Positions 1-9,351 of a stretch of DNA of 34,926 bases are shown piece after piece. Positions within the stretch are counted from its first letter, which is position 1; every line of letters starts with the position of its first letter. A program made the translations under genes and the position numbers. Under the pieces are notes generated by a model. That model saw only the letters and a list, made by a program, of their open reading frames with translations, was not told where the DNA came from and did no database searches. The stretch is from a virus (taxonomy: Duplodnaviria; Caudoviricetes): positions 1 to 34,926 of the IMG/VR virus record IMGVR_UViG_3300017644_000109; one strand, 5' to 3'.

Positions 1-597
1 TCATCCGTCCGCATACTGGTCGGCCAAGATCTTCAGATCGGTCTTGAGTTGCCCGACTACGGTTTCAACTACGTTCCGGTCGGCCGCGTCCCGCACTGCT
101 TCCTTCGCCCGCAGGCGCGTGTGCCGAATGTCGTACACGACTCGCCGCCACCTGTCCGCCCTAGCAAGTATGGAGTCCGTGGCGTCCCTGGGAGACAAAC
201 CGGCAGCATCGGCCCAGCTCTGCACGGTTGGGGGCACTTCGCCAGTGTATCCGGCGGTCATGTAGGCCCGCGCCTCCGCCGCGGTCAAGTCATACTCGAT
301 GGACCGAAGTGAGTCACCCAGCAGCTCACGCCGCATATGGTCTGCGAGACCATCCACCGTTCTGAGCGCATCGGCCTTGATATCCGCCAGCGGTTTCGGA
401 GCGGCCGGAGTGATGGTAAAGCCGGTAGCCGCTTCCCACTTGATGTCGTGACCTGCGATGACGGCTTCATACAGGCGCTCGGACATCGCCACGTCCACTT
501 CCTTTGCGTCGGCCGGCCAGGCGTCCGCCTTTTCGTACGCTGCTCGAAGGGAGCCGGCATAGCGGCTGCGAGTCGAAAGGGAAAAAAAATCACTCAT
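1..597 (-). CDS. Putative tail fibre assembly/chaperone protein
   Basis: Directly follows the fibre gene; start MSDFFSLS at 597 after GGTG; WPADAxEV N-terminal motif and helical C-terminus typical of fibre-adjacent proteins. Confidence 0.6.
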   Translation of the reverse strand: MSDFFSLSTRSRYAGSLRAAYEKADAWPADAKEVDVAMSERLYEAVIAGHDIKWEAATGFTITPAAPKPLADIKADALRTVDGLADHMRRELLGDSLRSIEYDLTAAEARAYMTAGYTGEVPPTVQSWADAAGLSPRDATDSILARADRWRRVVYDIRHTRLRAKEAVRDAADRNVVETVVGQLKTDLKILADQYADG

Positions 598-601
598 GGT
601 T

Positions 602-1357
602 TCACCGCCCGATAGCAATGTAGGACGCCAGCTCCGGGGAACTGGCAAAGTTCTGAAGAAGGACCTGTCCGGTAGGATCGCCACCGGCCGAATACACGTT
701 CATCTGTGCGTTGGACCCTGTTGCAATGCGGTTACCCACCACAACGAAGCAGGCTGAGGGGAAACGAATGGGATACGGCACGACAGTTATGTCGCCGCTG
801 ACGCCGGTGGCGGTGACCAGGCCCCACTGAATGATCAAGCCGCCAAGCCATTTCGGGAGAATGACGTAGCCGTTGGTGCCGAATTGCGTTGCAAAGCCAA
901 ATCGCAGCTTCTTGGGTGTAACGATGGTGGCATCGTCAGCGCCTGCCTCCACTTGTGCCTGCGTTGCAACCTTCGCCAGGCCGAGTACAGCTTCTGTCGC
1001 CTGTTTTGCCCAGTTGTACAGCTTCTTGGGCGTGATGAATGTCCGGTCATCGGTGCCCTGATTGGTCAGTGCTTGCGTAGCTACCTTCGCTGTCCCAGCC
1101 AAGGCTTCTGTTGCCTGTTGGTCTTGCGTCACGAAGAGCGCTTGCAGAGCCGTCAGAACGCGATCGTAGGAAGCTGGATCGTCTGGATTGAAGGGTTTTC
1201 CTTCGATCTCTGCCGCCTTGAGAATGGCCATCAAGCTCCAGATGACCATATTCATGTCGTTGCCGGAAACTGCGGTGGGCACCGCCGTATTGTCGGCATG
1301 CATCCGGTTTCCCGTACCTGCATGCACAACGTTGTCGAGACTGGTGGTGTAGTCCAT
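602..1357 (-). CDS. Short tail fibre protein (gp53-like C-terminal domain)
   Basis: Start MDYTTS at 1357; two ATE..G.AKVATQA....G.DD...TPKKL repeats; NGYVILPKWLGGLIIQWG fibre-tip motif; follows baseplate genes. Confidence 0.8.
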   Translation of the reverse strand: MDYTTSLDNVVHAGTGNRMHADNTAVPTAVSGNDMNMVIWSLMAILKAAEIEGKPFNPDDPASYDRVLTALQALFVTQDQQATEALAGTAKVATQALTNQGTDDRTFITPKKLYNWAKQATEAVLGLAKVATQAQVEAGADDATIVTPKKLRFGFATQFGTNGYVILPKWLGGLIIQWGLVTATGVSGDITVVPYPIRFPSACFVVVGNRIATGSNAQMNVYSAGGDPTGQVLLQNFASSPELASYIAIGR

Positions 1358-1367
1358 GTATAGAGCC

Positions 1368-1964
1368 TCAGAGATAGATGACGTTGAGCCGAAACCGGGC
1401 CGGAGCGATGCGCGCCAACAGGCATTCGATCTCGGTTCCGTCCTTGGAACAGATGCGCAGCCGTTCGCCAACGCGGTTCCGCCCCACGCGAAACGGCTGG
1501 CACAGGTAGAGCACTTTCACGTTGAGCACGCCGTTCAGGGCACCGAGCCGGTCGCCGACACGGTTGCGACCGACGCGAAACGGCGTCGAATACCAGACGT
1601 CTACTTGATAGCCATAGCGCGCCAGGTAAGCCTTGATGGCGCCGGGACTTTCCGCCGAGCTGTCTTCGTATGGCAGATCGAGGTCGCCACGCAGCCGGGC
1701 CAGCATGTTGGTGCGGCGCTGCTCCGGGTCCTGGTTCTCGCCGAAGCACGGGTCAGGCAGTCCAAGGGCTTCCTCCCACTCTTCCAAGCGCGAGCACGTC
1801 CGGTGCGGCATCCATTGCCGAACCGCGTTCTCCACGAATTCGTGGTGCTCCCGGAGGACGCCCGACCATGCTTTCAGCCACCGCATGACGGCCGAGCCGG
1901 GCTTGCGGGGGAACGCGTATCCCGGCGGAAGCAGGTGCATCAGGGCTTGCCAGAACTTGTCCAT
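1368..1964 (-). CDS. Baseplate protein, Mu gp48/YmfQ (DUF2313)-like
   Basis: LLPPGYAF and LEEWEEALGLPD motifs; downstream of baseplate J. Confidence 0.85.
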   Translation of the reverse strand: MDKFWQALMHLLPPGYAFPRKPGSAVMRWLKAWSGVLREHHEFVENAVRQWMPHRTCSRLEEWEEALGLPDPCFGENQDPEQRRTNMLARLRGDLDLPYEDSSAESPGAIKAYLARYGYQVDVWYSTPFRVGRNRVGDRLGALNGVLNVKVLYLCQPFRVGRNRVGERLRICSKDGTEIECLLARIAPARFRLNVIYL

Positions 1965-1966
1965 GG

Positions 1967-3091
1967 TCAGGCCAGGAAGCTCACGGAGCGCAGCACCAGG
2001 ATCTGGAAGGCACCGGCCACGAGGAAGCCGCCTGGCGCCAGCACCGGTTGGACGAACTCATGGTCGAATTCCCCGGTCGCTGCTGACACTGCCTCGCTCA
2101 AGTGCGTGTGCGGAATCCGGCCGGCCGGCTTGGCATCTCGGAAAAACAGGTCTTTCAGTTCCAGCGTGATGGCATCACGAATCGTCTTGCTATCCGGCGT
2201 GATGCGCAGCTGCACGTCGACAAAGACAGGTTCCGGAACGATCACGAACAGCTCATCGGGCGGTCCCCGGTTCGGGTCGCGGATGTAGTCATAGACGGCT
2301 TCCCGCTGCGCCGGCGTCGGCAAGCCATAGGGCGCATTCCGGTCGGCCATGATGATGACGCCGGCCGTGGTCGGGCCGCTGGGGTTCCGAATTCCCCACG
2401 CGCGGGTAATGCCAGGGACCGACAGCGCCCAGCGCTCGTAGTCGCCGGGCGCGCTGCCCCGCGGCGGGTTCGCCAGGCGCTGCGCCAGCCGGTACACCGC
2501 CTCGGGGTCTTCCTCGCGGTCGGCGCCGCCGGCCAGGCCGGGCGCCACGACCGAGAAGGTGCCGTCGATGCCTTCGACCGTCGCGACCAGTTCCAGCGGC
2601 GCATCCGGTGCGAGATTGCCAGCGGCACCGGGCGTACTGCAGACGATGGTGGGCGTCACGGTGCCTTCAGCGTCCACGACCACATCGGCCTGGACGGTGA
2701 AAATCAGCCCGTTCTCGTCCTGCAGTGCTGTGCCCGCACGCAGCACCTTCCCCGCCACGCCTGGGCCCACGGCGAGCCCGGTGGCCACGGTCGCTTCCTT
2801 TCGAGGAATGCCATAGGCGGTAAGCCATTCGTCCAGGTATTCCTTGACTGCCTTCGTTGGGATCGCCTGGCGCGCAATGAAATCCCGCAGGTAGCGGTAG
2901 GCCCCATGGATGCCGACGCCCTGGACGAAGGCCATTGCCTCGATGTTGGACCGTGCCAGCATGACATCGGTGGCGGACAGGCTGGCACCGCTGTTGACTG
3001 CCGCGTCTGTCAGGGCCTGCTGCAGCAGACGCGCGGCGTTGTCCTTGGCTTCGCCAATGGACGGAATTTGGACGTTCACCGGGACGCTCAT
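1967..3091 (-). CDS. Baseplate J / Mu gp47-like wedge protein
   Basis: GAAGN, GGADRE and DYERWALSVPGITRAW motifs. Confidence 0.92.
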   Translation of the reverse strand: MSVPVNVQIPSIGEAKDNAARLLQQALTDAAVNSGASLSATDVMLARSNIEAMAFVQGVGIHGAYRYLRDFIARQAIPTKAVKEYLDEWLTAYGIPRKEATVATGLAVGPGVAGKVLRAGTALQDENGLIFTVQADVVVDAEGTVTPTIVCSTPGAAGNLAPDAPLELVATVEGIDGTFSVVAPGLAGGADREEDPEAVYRLAQRLANPPRGSAPGDYERWALSVPGITRAWGIRNPSGPTTAGVIIMADRNAPYGLPTPAQREAVYDYIRDPNRGPPDELFVIVPEPVFVDVQLRITPDSKTIRDAITLELKDLFFRDAKPAGRIPHTHLSEAVSAATGEFDHEFVQPVLAPGGFLVAGAFQILVLRSVSFLA

Positions 3092-3678
3092 GCCACCGCC
3101 CTCCGCAGGGTCGTGGCCCAGAGCACGTCATAGACGGGCCGCGCCGAATCCGCCTGCCAAATCTGCGGACGCACAGCTAGCCGATCCTCGGCTGGTCCGG
3201 TCCAGAGGGCCTCCACATCCACGCGGCTGGCCGCGCCGGTGCGCACCATCCACTGCAGCGCTTCCCAGGCGGCAAAGCGGGCGCGCTCCAGCTCGTCCAC
3301 GTTAGCCTTGGTGATGTAGCACAGCCAGAGGTGTGAGCCCCACTGGTCCACCAGGTCGCGGGGCGCGTCGGACTCTGCGGCGCCGACAAACTCGTCGCCG
3401 CACCAGCCGCGCCGGTCGGTCTGGTTCAGCGGCAGCGTGACATCCGGGCCAGCGCGCCGGTCGCAGAACAGCGACAGGATCACGGCGGTGCAGAGGCTGT
3501 CGTCCAGTTCCAGCGCGCGGATTTCCAGCACCTCGGCATAGTGGCCGGCCGCGGAACACGGATTGGAGTAGTCGTGCCACGCAGCGTTGCGGCTGCGCCC
3601 GGCCGGAATTACGCTCCAGTCGAACGGGACGCCTAGGGCGGTGGTGGGAACAGCGGAGGTGGTTAGGATGTCGATCAT
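3088..3678 (-). CDS. Mu gp46-like baseplate protein
   Basis: TAVILSLFCDRRA, RRGWCGD, GSHLWL and EALQWMV motifs. Confidence 0.88.
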   Translation of the reverse strand: MIDILTTSAVPTTALGVPFDWSVIPAGRSRNAAWHDYSNPCSAAGHYAEVLEIRALELDDSLCTAVILSLFCDRRAGPDVTLPLNQTDRRGWCGDEFVGAAESDAPRDLVDQWGSHLWLCYITKANVDELERARFAAWEALQWMVRTGAASRVDVEALWTGPAEDRLAVRPQIWQADSARPVYDVLWATTLRRAVA

Positions 3679-3702
3679 GTCGGCCAGCGGTGACTGGCCT
3701 TC

Positions 3703-3749
3703 ATGATCGCGTTAAAGAGGGGTTGAAGGCTTTGTGAAACGCTTCACAA
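3703..3749 (-). promoter_or_regulatory. Putative activator-dependent late promoter for baseplate/fibre genes
   Basis: Palindrome TTGTGAA-N4-TTCACAA (3732-3749); GATCAT -10-like hexamer (3708-3703) 25 nt downstream of TTCAC on the minus strand. Confidence 0.6.
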
Positions 3750-3763
3750 GCCGGGCTTGGCGT

Positions 3764-4264
3764 TCAGCGTACGACCGCGCCGGACTGGCCGTTACCGGTC
3801 TGAACCTTGTCGTGGTTGTGGTCGACGAACTCGATGCCGTCGATTTTGGCGCCCTGGGCAATGTCGGCCCGGCCGCCGACCTCCATGTTTTCGCTGGTCG
3901 AGAACGTCGGCGTGGTCATTTTCACGCTCTTGCTTGCCACGACCTCGTAGTCGTCGCACTCCACCCGAATCTTACGGCCGGCCTGCAGGACGATCTTGTG
4001 GCCCTCCTTATGCCAGACGGCGACCTCGTAAGGCGCCAGGCGCGGCCGGCCATCCAACCGGTCCATGCGAAACACGACCGTATGGCCGCCCGCCTCGATC
4101 ACAAGGCCTTGTCCATCGACCGGGTTGCCGGCGAAGCCATAGTCCTGCCAGCGCTCAACGGCGTCGCGGCCATTGATGTCGAATACCTCGACGCGAACGG
4201 TTTGCACCGGGCCTTCCTTCAGGCCGCGAAACAGCGCCCGACGCAGCAAATTCATCAGATTCAT
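3764..4264 (-). CDS. Baseplate spike, Mu gp45-like
   Basis: VERWQDYGFAGNP, EVAVWHKEGH and C-terminal HxH (DHNH) metal-binding tip. Confidence 0.9.
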   Translation of the reverse strand: MNLMNLLRRALFRGLKEGPVQTVRVEVFDINGRDAVERWQDYGFAGNPVDGQGLVIEAGGHTVVFRMDRLDGRPRLAPYEVAVWHKEGHKIVLQAGRKIRVECDDYEVVASKSVKMTTPTFSTSENMEVGGRADIAQGAKIDGIEFVDHNHDKVQTGNGQSGAVVR

Positions 4265-5424
4265 CGCTCGACTTCCATTACTTGAAGCGGCGCGCCGTCC
4301 TTCCCGCGCCGGCCTTTGCCCCTGCGCCGGCGGACCTTGGTATTGAGCGGTACCGTGTCATAGGACTCTTTCGGACGGACGACCAACTCAGTCACATCGC
4401 CTTCCTGCAGGTCCACGGTGGCCTTGGCCTCGCAGATCAGCCACTCCTCCCCGAACAGACCGGCGATATCGTCGTAGATCGGCACGAGGGTATTGACCTC
4501 CCACGGCTTTCCCTTCCAGGTCCAGCCTTCGACCACGTAGCGAAGGCCGTACGCCTGGCCGCGGCGAACCCGCATGGTGTGCTCCACCAGGCGCTGCATG
4601 TCGGCCGGCGCGTTATTGCCGTCCGCGTTGACCACCAGCGGGAGATAGCGGCCCATCTCTGGGTCTTTGGCGTGCGCTTTCTGTTGGCTGGCCGCGCGAA
4701 ACGCCTTCTCCACGCTGGCGATGCTTCCCCCAACGTCCAGCTCCTGCAGACCGGGCTTGCGGTGCACGATGTTGCCTTGGCCGTAGCAGAAATAGTCCGA
4801 AAAACGCTCGGCATCCGTGCCGATGCCTTCCATGCTGATGACGTTCTGGCCGCGCACGATGGCCCCATGGCTCTTTTCCTTGCCAGCGCGGGTGATGACA
4901 ACCCGGCCGTGCGCGTCCGTGGTCACCAGCACACCGCGCAGGCGGGCGGCGCGGGACAGCACGGAAACGACGGTTTCGCAATGCTCGACCTTGAAATCGC
5001 GGATCGCCTCGCCGATATCGGTCTCGATCCGGACATCGATGCCGAAAGGCTTGCACAGATCCCGTACGATCCGGTCCAGCTTGGCATTGCGCCACTGGCC
5101 GCCCTCGTGAATCGCCGAGCAGGAAACCAGATCGCCGCTGCGGCTGCGCCCCTCGATCCGCATACCGCAGTCGTCGCGCTTATAGAACGGGTCAGCGGCC
5201 AGGACGATACCGGTCACCATCAACGTGTCGTTGATGCGCACCCGGATCGCGTCCTGCCGCTTGATATCGGGCGGGTTGCCAGGGATGAGCGACACCGGGA
5301 TGGAGAACCGGCTGGAGAGGGTTTCCAGGGACCGCTCGACGGTGGACGAAAGCCAGCCCTCGTAGTCGCGGCCGTTGACGGTAACGAAGACCTTCGCGTC
5401 TTCCTTGGTGTATTGCTCGGGCAT
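4261..5424 (-). CDS. Baseplate hub, Mu gp44 (gpP)-like
   Basis: Start MPEQY at 5424; GRSRSGDLVSCS, ERFSDY and W..N.LV.I.D motifs. Confidence 0.88.
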   Translation of the reverse strand: MPEQYTKEDAKVFVTVNGRDYEGWLSSTVERSLETLSSRFSIPVSLIPGNPPDIKRQDAIRVRINDTLMVTGIVLAADPFYKRDDCGMRIEGRSRSGDLVSCSAIHEGGQWRNAKLDRIVRDLCKPFGIDVRIETDIGEAIRDFKVEHCETVVSVLSRAARLRGVLVTTDAHGRVVITRAGKEKSHGAIVRGQNVISMEGIGTDAERFSDYFCYGQGNIVHRKPGLQELDVGGSIASVEKAFRAASQQKAHAKDPEMGRYLPLVVNADGNNAPADMQRLVEHTMRVRRGQAYGLRYVVEGWTWKGKPWEVNTLVPIYDDIAGLFGEEWLICEAKATVDLQEGDVTELVVRPKESYDTVPLNTKVRRRRGKGRRGKDGAPLQVMEVER

Positions 5425-5425
5425 G

Positions 5426-6892
5426 TCAGTCGTGCTTGATGATGCGAAGCGGCACGCCGGGCGGGACCAGCAGCGGGTGCCGGACATGGGGATTCATGGT
5501 CAGAATCTCGTCAGCCCAGCGCACGGTGCCGAACATCCGATAGCTGATGTACAGCGCCGGTTGCCACGATTCGGGCGTGTAGGTGGTCAAACGGGCCAGG
5601 TCACGGGAGCGCGCCTGCAGGTCGGTCAGCACGGCCGTCTGCAGCTGCAGCAGCGCATCATGGGTCGTGACCGTCCCCACGCCGCCGGTCTGCTCATCGG
5701 CGCTGGCATACAACAGTTCGGTGAGCTGCTGGTTGAAGTCCGTGCGCAGCGCCAGTGCCTGGTCATAGTTCTCCAGCTCGATCTGGGCCACGGCGCGCAC
5801 CGCCATGATGGTGGCGACGCCGTTGAAAAAAGCTTCCAGCGTCTTCAGCGCCTGGGCCTCGCGCTTGCGGGTATCGGTCTGGTACGGACTCACCGACGGT
5901 GTGAACGCCTTCGCCAGCTTGGCCTGGTTGTCGTTGGGCACGAACCCGGCGCCCTGATATGCCGAGGCGATGGCCGGCGCAATGGCCTGGACCGGCTTGG
6001 AAACCGGCGCGGATGCCGAGTTCGTGGCCCGCGATGATGGCACCTTCCACAGATTGCGCGCGGCCGAGAATGCGCCCCAGGCTTCGTTGGAGCTGAGCGA
6101 CTTTGGAATGCGGGTCAGGTCGGCAATGCGCCGGCCCAGCAAGGCCGGGATGGCGCTCAACTCGCTCAAGGGAAACGTGATGTACTGCCGCACCAGGTCG
6201 TTGTAGAAGTCGAAGCCCTGGTTGACCATCGAAATGCCGTCCCAGAGGATGTCCAGGCCGCTGCGAACACGCGCCAGCACGTTGTCATGGGCCCAGCCGG
6301 CCATGCCGGCCAAGTCGAAATTCGCCGCCAGCGAATCGATCAGCGACTGCTCGGCCGCGTCGGCCGCGCTCGCTACGCGATCCGTCGTGTTGGTGACACC
6401 GACCGGATAGCGCCGCGGCTCCGCGCGAATGAACGTCAGGTCCAGGCGCGCAATGCCGCCTTCGGTGGTCGGCGCCTCCCTTACCGTATAGCGGCCGTGC
6501 ACCCAGCACCGGATGCTGCCGGCCGTGGGGTGGATGAGTACTCCTTCGCCCTTCAGAACCTCCCGAAGGCGGTCCAGCTGCTGCAGGTAGTCGTCCCCGA
6601 TCAGGTAGGCAGAGAACTTGATCTCTTCGGCGCCAGCGCCCATCGAAAACACCGTCGGGCGGTCCTGGAACGGGTATTCGCGCAGGACGGTGTTGTCGCC
6701 AGCAGACAGCTCGGTCGTGTCCACCTGGAACGGCACGTCGCGCCAGGACGCCATCCGCAGCTGGTTCAGCCAGCTGCTACGTCCAGCCGACGAATTGCGG
6801 CCCAGCATGCGGTCGGCCAGGCTGCTCAGGGTGTTCGCCGTGCTGGCTACGGCGGGCGCGCCCGACGATAGGGCATTGTCGATCAGGGCCAT
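5426..6892 (-). CDS. DNA circularisation protein, Mu gpN-like
   Basis: ASWRDVPF, EYPFQD and G.LIHPTAG N-domain; C-terminal PALYISYRMFG..NPHVRHPLLVP. Confidence 0.9.
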   Translation of the reverse strand: MALIDNALSSGAPAVASTANTLSSLADRMLGRNSSAGRSSWLNQLRMASWRDVPFQVDTTELSAGDNTVLREYPFQDRPTVFSMGAGAEEIKFSAYLIGDDYLQQLDRLREVLKGEGVLIHPTAGSIRCWVHGRYTVREAPTTEGGIARLDLTFIRAEPRRYPVGVTNTTDRVASAADAAEQSLIDSLAANFDLAGMAGWAHDNVLARVRSGLDILWDGISMVNQGFDFYNDLVRQYITFPLSELSAIPALLGRRIADLTRIPKSLSSNEAWGAFSAARNLWKVPSSRATNSASAPVSKPVQAIAPAIASAYQGAGFVPNDNQAKLAKAFTPSVSPYQTDTRKREAQALKTLEAFFNGVATIMAVRAVAQIELENYDQALALRTDFNQQLTELLYASADEQTGGVGTVTTHDALLQLQTAVLTDLQARSRDLARLTTYTPESWQPALYISYRMFGTVRWADEILTMNPHVRHPLLVPPGVPLRIIKHD

Positions 6893-9330
6893 CAGTTCGG
6901 CTTCCCTGGATTGGTGTTGCCGGCGTCGATACGCAGAGCGCTGGGCTGCTGCAGCACGCTGGTGTTGACGAAGGTGCGTTCATCGCGCACCACGACGCTC
7001 ACGCCCAGCTTGCCCTCTCCGATGTCCACCTTCTGCGGCTCGACCTTCGCCAGTGCGGCGAGCGCCGGCCCCGGCTGCAGGGCGGGATGGGTCATGTACG
7101 CCGGCGTCTGGCGCAGGGTCATGCCGAGCTGGGCGCGGGCCTCCGAGGGCAACTCGACGCGGGTGCCATCGTCGCGGCGCACGACGCCGGCCCGCTTGGA
7201 CGGCGGCGTGAAGAGGTTCGACAGGCTGTCGCCCGCCCATTGGGCGCCGAAGTAGCCGGCCGCCCCCAAGCCCAATCCCAGGGCCGGGACAGCGATGGTG
7301 GCCAGCGGCCCGGCGAATCCACCAACGGCCGCACCGAGCTTGGCACCTGCCATTGCGCCCGCCCACGCTCCGGTCATACCAGCAGCAGTGCGGCCCACGG
7401 CGTTGGCTTTTTCCGCAGTGCCCTTGTTGCTGTCCATCAGCGTGGCCGCCACGTCGTAAGCCGCCACGCCCGCGCCGAGCAAGCCGGCTCCGCGCAGCAA
7501 GCGTGAGGCGCGGGAAGCGGCACCGGCGGCAGCTGCCCCCCCGGCAGTGCCAGCACGGCCTGCGCCGCCTCCCGCATTCGGTGTGCCTGGCACTGGAGCA
7601 GTCCAGCCGGGCACTTTGTTCACAACGTAGACCGGGACGGGACCACCGCCAAACGCTGGCATGCCGCCAGTGCCTGGCATGCCAGCACCACCGCCGGCCC
7701 TTCGACGATTCATCAGAAGCGCGGTAATCGCGCCCCCCGCGCTTCCTGCCGCGAGGATGCCAATGCCCTGCGCTGCTCCAGTTACCGCCGTCGTCAGAGT
7801 CGGGAATTCCCGCGCCAAAGCCGTGACGGAGTCCAGCAGCGACTTCAGCGGACCCTCGATCTCGTGCAGGACGTTGGAGCGCGCGATATCGACTTCGTTG
7901 GTGACTTGCTGAGCCTTGTAAGCTCCCGTGGACTGGATGACGGCGTAGTTGGCCTGAGTGGTTTCCCCCTGTTCCGCCTGAACCGCCTGCAGAACGCGCT
8001 TCGTATAGTCCTTGTTCGTCATCAGCGCTACGGCGGCCATCAACGCTTGGCGGTCCTGAATGACCTGACCAACGGCGCTGCCATGAAGAATGTCAGCCAT
8101 TGCCTCAAGCGTCGCCTTCTTGTCAGCTTCGGTCTCCTTCTGAGCGCGCGCCTTCAGCTGCGCAAATCGCTTGTCCCTGCCGCCGACCTGCTCCAGGAAG
8201 TTGGTGAAGGCAGTGACTGAGTCAATTCCCTGTTCCCGTGCTCGCGCGAGCGAGCCGCTCAGGTCGATGCCCAACTTCTCGAAGTCCTTGCGCGTATCTG
8301 GGCTGCCCATCTTCCCCAACAGGTTGACCAGGTTGTTGCCGCCCGCGTCCTTCGATCCGGCGGTAATCATCGCGGTCTGCGCTGCCGATAGAATCGTCTC
8401 GAAGCCGGCCATGCCGGTGAGGCCGGTCGTACGGGCTGAGCCCATCATCTCCGGCAGCCACTTTGCCATGTCCTTGATCTCAAAGCTGCCTTCCTGGCCA
8501 GCCTTGATCGCCTTGGCCAGCGCGATGCCGATCTCCTCCGGCTTCAGCCCGAAGTTCTGGATTGCCTTGTAGGCAATCTCGGCCAGCTCCGTTACGTTCG
8601 CCCCGCTGGCAGTGGCTGCTTGCTGCAGGTCCGGCAGCATCTGGAAGGCGGCCGCAAGGCCCTTTTCGCCTTCCCCGAGGGCGCCCGAGGCCAGCAGACT
8701 GTTCAAGGCTGTGGCGGCGCTCTCGCGTGAGCCGCCGCCGAACCGCGTCGCATCATTGATCCGTGCTTCCAGCATCCGCATACCGGCCAGGCGGCCGACT
8801 GTGTCGCGCTTCGGAAAGGCGAGATTCACCATGTGCGCGATCTGCTCTTCGAACGCCACCGGTTTTTTGAGGGTCGCCACGGCGGCCGCGCCACCAGCGG
8901 CGGCACCGCCGACCACAGCGCCACCAACCTGGCTGGTCCGGCCCAGGACATGGGCAAGGCGCTCGGCGTGGCGGCGGCTTTCCTCCATGCGGCGGGCGAT
9001 ACCACCGAGGTACGTGTACGTGCGCTCAAGCGACGACCGACCGGTGCCAAACCGGGACATGGCCGCGTCCGCGCGCTGCACCGCGGCCGCGACGTTGCCC
9101 ATGGCGCCCTGCATGCGACGCGCTTCCGCCTCGACACGGGCGGCGTTCGTCTTGCTGCCGACCTTCTGCAGCGACCGGTCGGTCTGATGCGCGGCCCTGT
9201 CTGTGCTCGCCAGGGCGGTGGTCTGCCGGCGGCTCGCCTGCTCGACGACGCGCGCGTTCTCGGCGGCGCGGCGCTGCAGGTTGCCGGCCAGGTTGATGAT
9301 GTAGCGGAGGGTCAGGCTGCGGCTGGTCAT
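6892..9330 (-). CDS. Tail tape measure protein
   Basis: 812 aa Ala-rich helical protein; AGQEGSFEIKDMAKWLP and VPVYVVN motifs; follows the chaperone gene. Confidence 0.92.
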   Translation of the reverse strand: MTSRSLTLRYIINLAGNLQRRAAENARVVEQASRRQTTALASTDRAAHQTDRSLQKVGSKTNAARVEAEARRMQGAMGNVAAAVQRADAAMSRFGTGRSSLERTYTYLGGIARRMEESRRHAERLAHVLGRTSQVGGAVVGGAAAGGAAAVATLKKPVAFEEQIAHMVNLAFPKRDTVGRLAGMRMLEARINDATRFGGGSRESAATALNSLLASGALGEGEKGLAAAFQMLPDLQQAATASGANVTELAEIAYKAIQNFGLKPEEIGIALAKAIKAGQEGSFEIKDMAKWLPEMMGSARTTGLTGMAGFETILSAAQTAMITAGSKDAGGNNLVNLLGKMGSPDTRKDFEKLGIDLSGSLARAREQGIDSVTAFTNFLEQVGGRDKRFAQLKARAQKETEADKKATLEAMADILHGSAVGQVIQDRQALMAAVALMTNKDYTKRVLQAVQAEQGETTQANYAVIQSTGAYKAQQVTNEVDIARSNVLHEIEGPLKSLLDSVTALAREFPTLTTAVTGAAQGIGILAAGSAGGAITALLMNRRRAGGGAGMPGTGGMPAFGGGPVPVYVVNKVPGWTAPVPGTPNAGGGAGRAGTAGGAAAAGAASRASRLLRGAGLLGAGVAAYDVAATLMDSNKGTAEKANAVGRTAAGMTGAWAGAMAGAKLGAAVGGFAGPLATIAVPALGLGLGAAGYFGAQWAGDSLSNLFTPPSKRAGVVRRDDGTRVELPSEARAQLGMTLRQTPAYMTHPALQPGPALAALAKVEPQKVDIGEGKLGVSVVVRDERTFVNTSVLQQPSALRIDAGNTNPGKPN

Positions 9331-9351
9331 CGCTGCTTTCCTTGCCGGGCC

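Noticed and set aside
1-60. Mu-type TG...CA ends and transposase binding sites
   Set aside because: The window begins and ends at stop codons of terminal genes, so the true ends are not included
602-1100. Fibre repeats as a diversity-generating retroelement template/variable pair
   Set aside because: No reverse transcriptase gene; the repeats are in-frame protein repeats without adenine-specific differences
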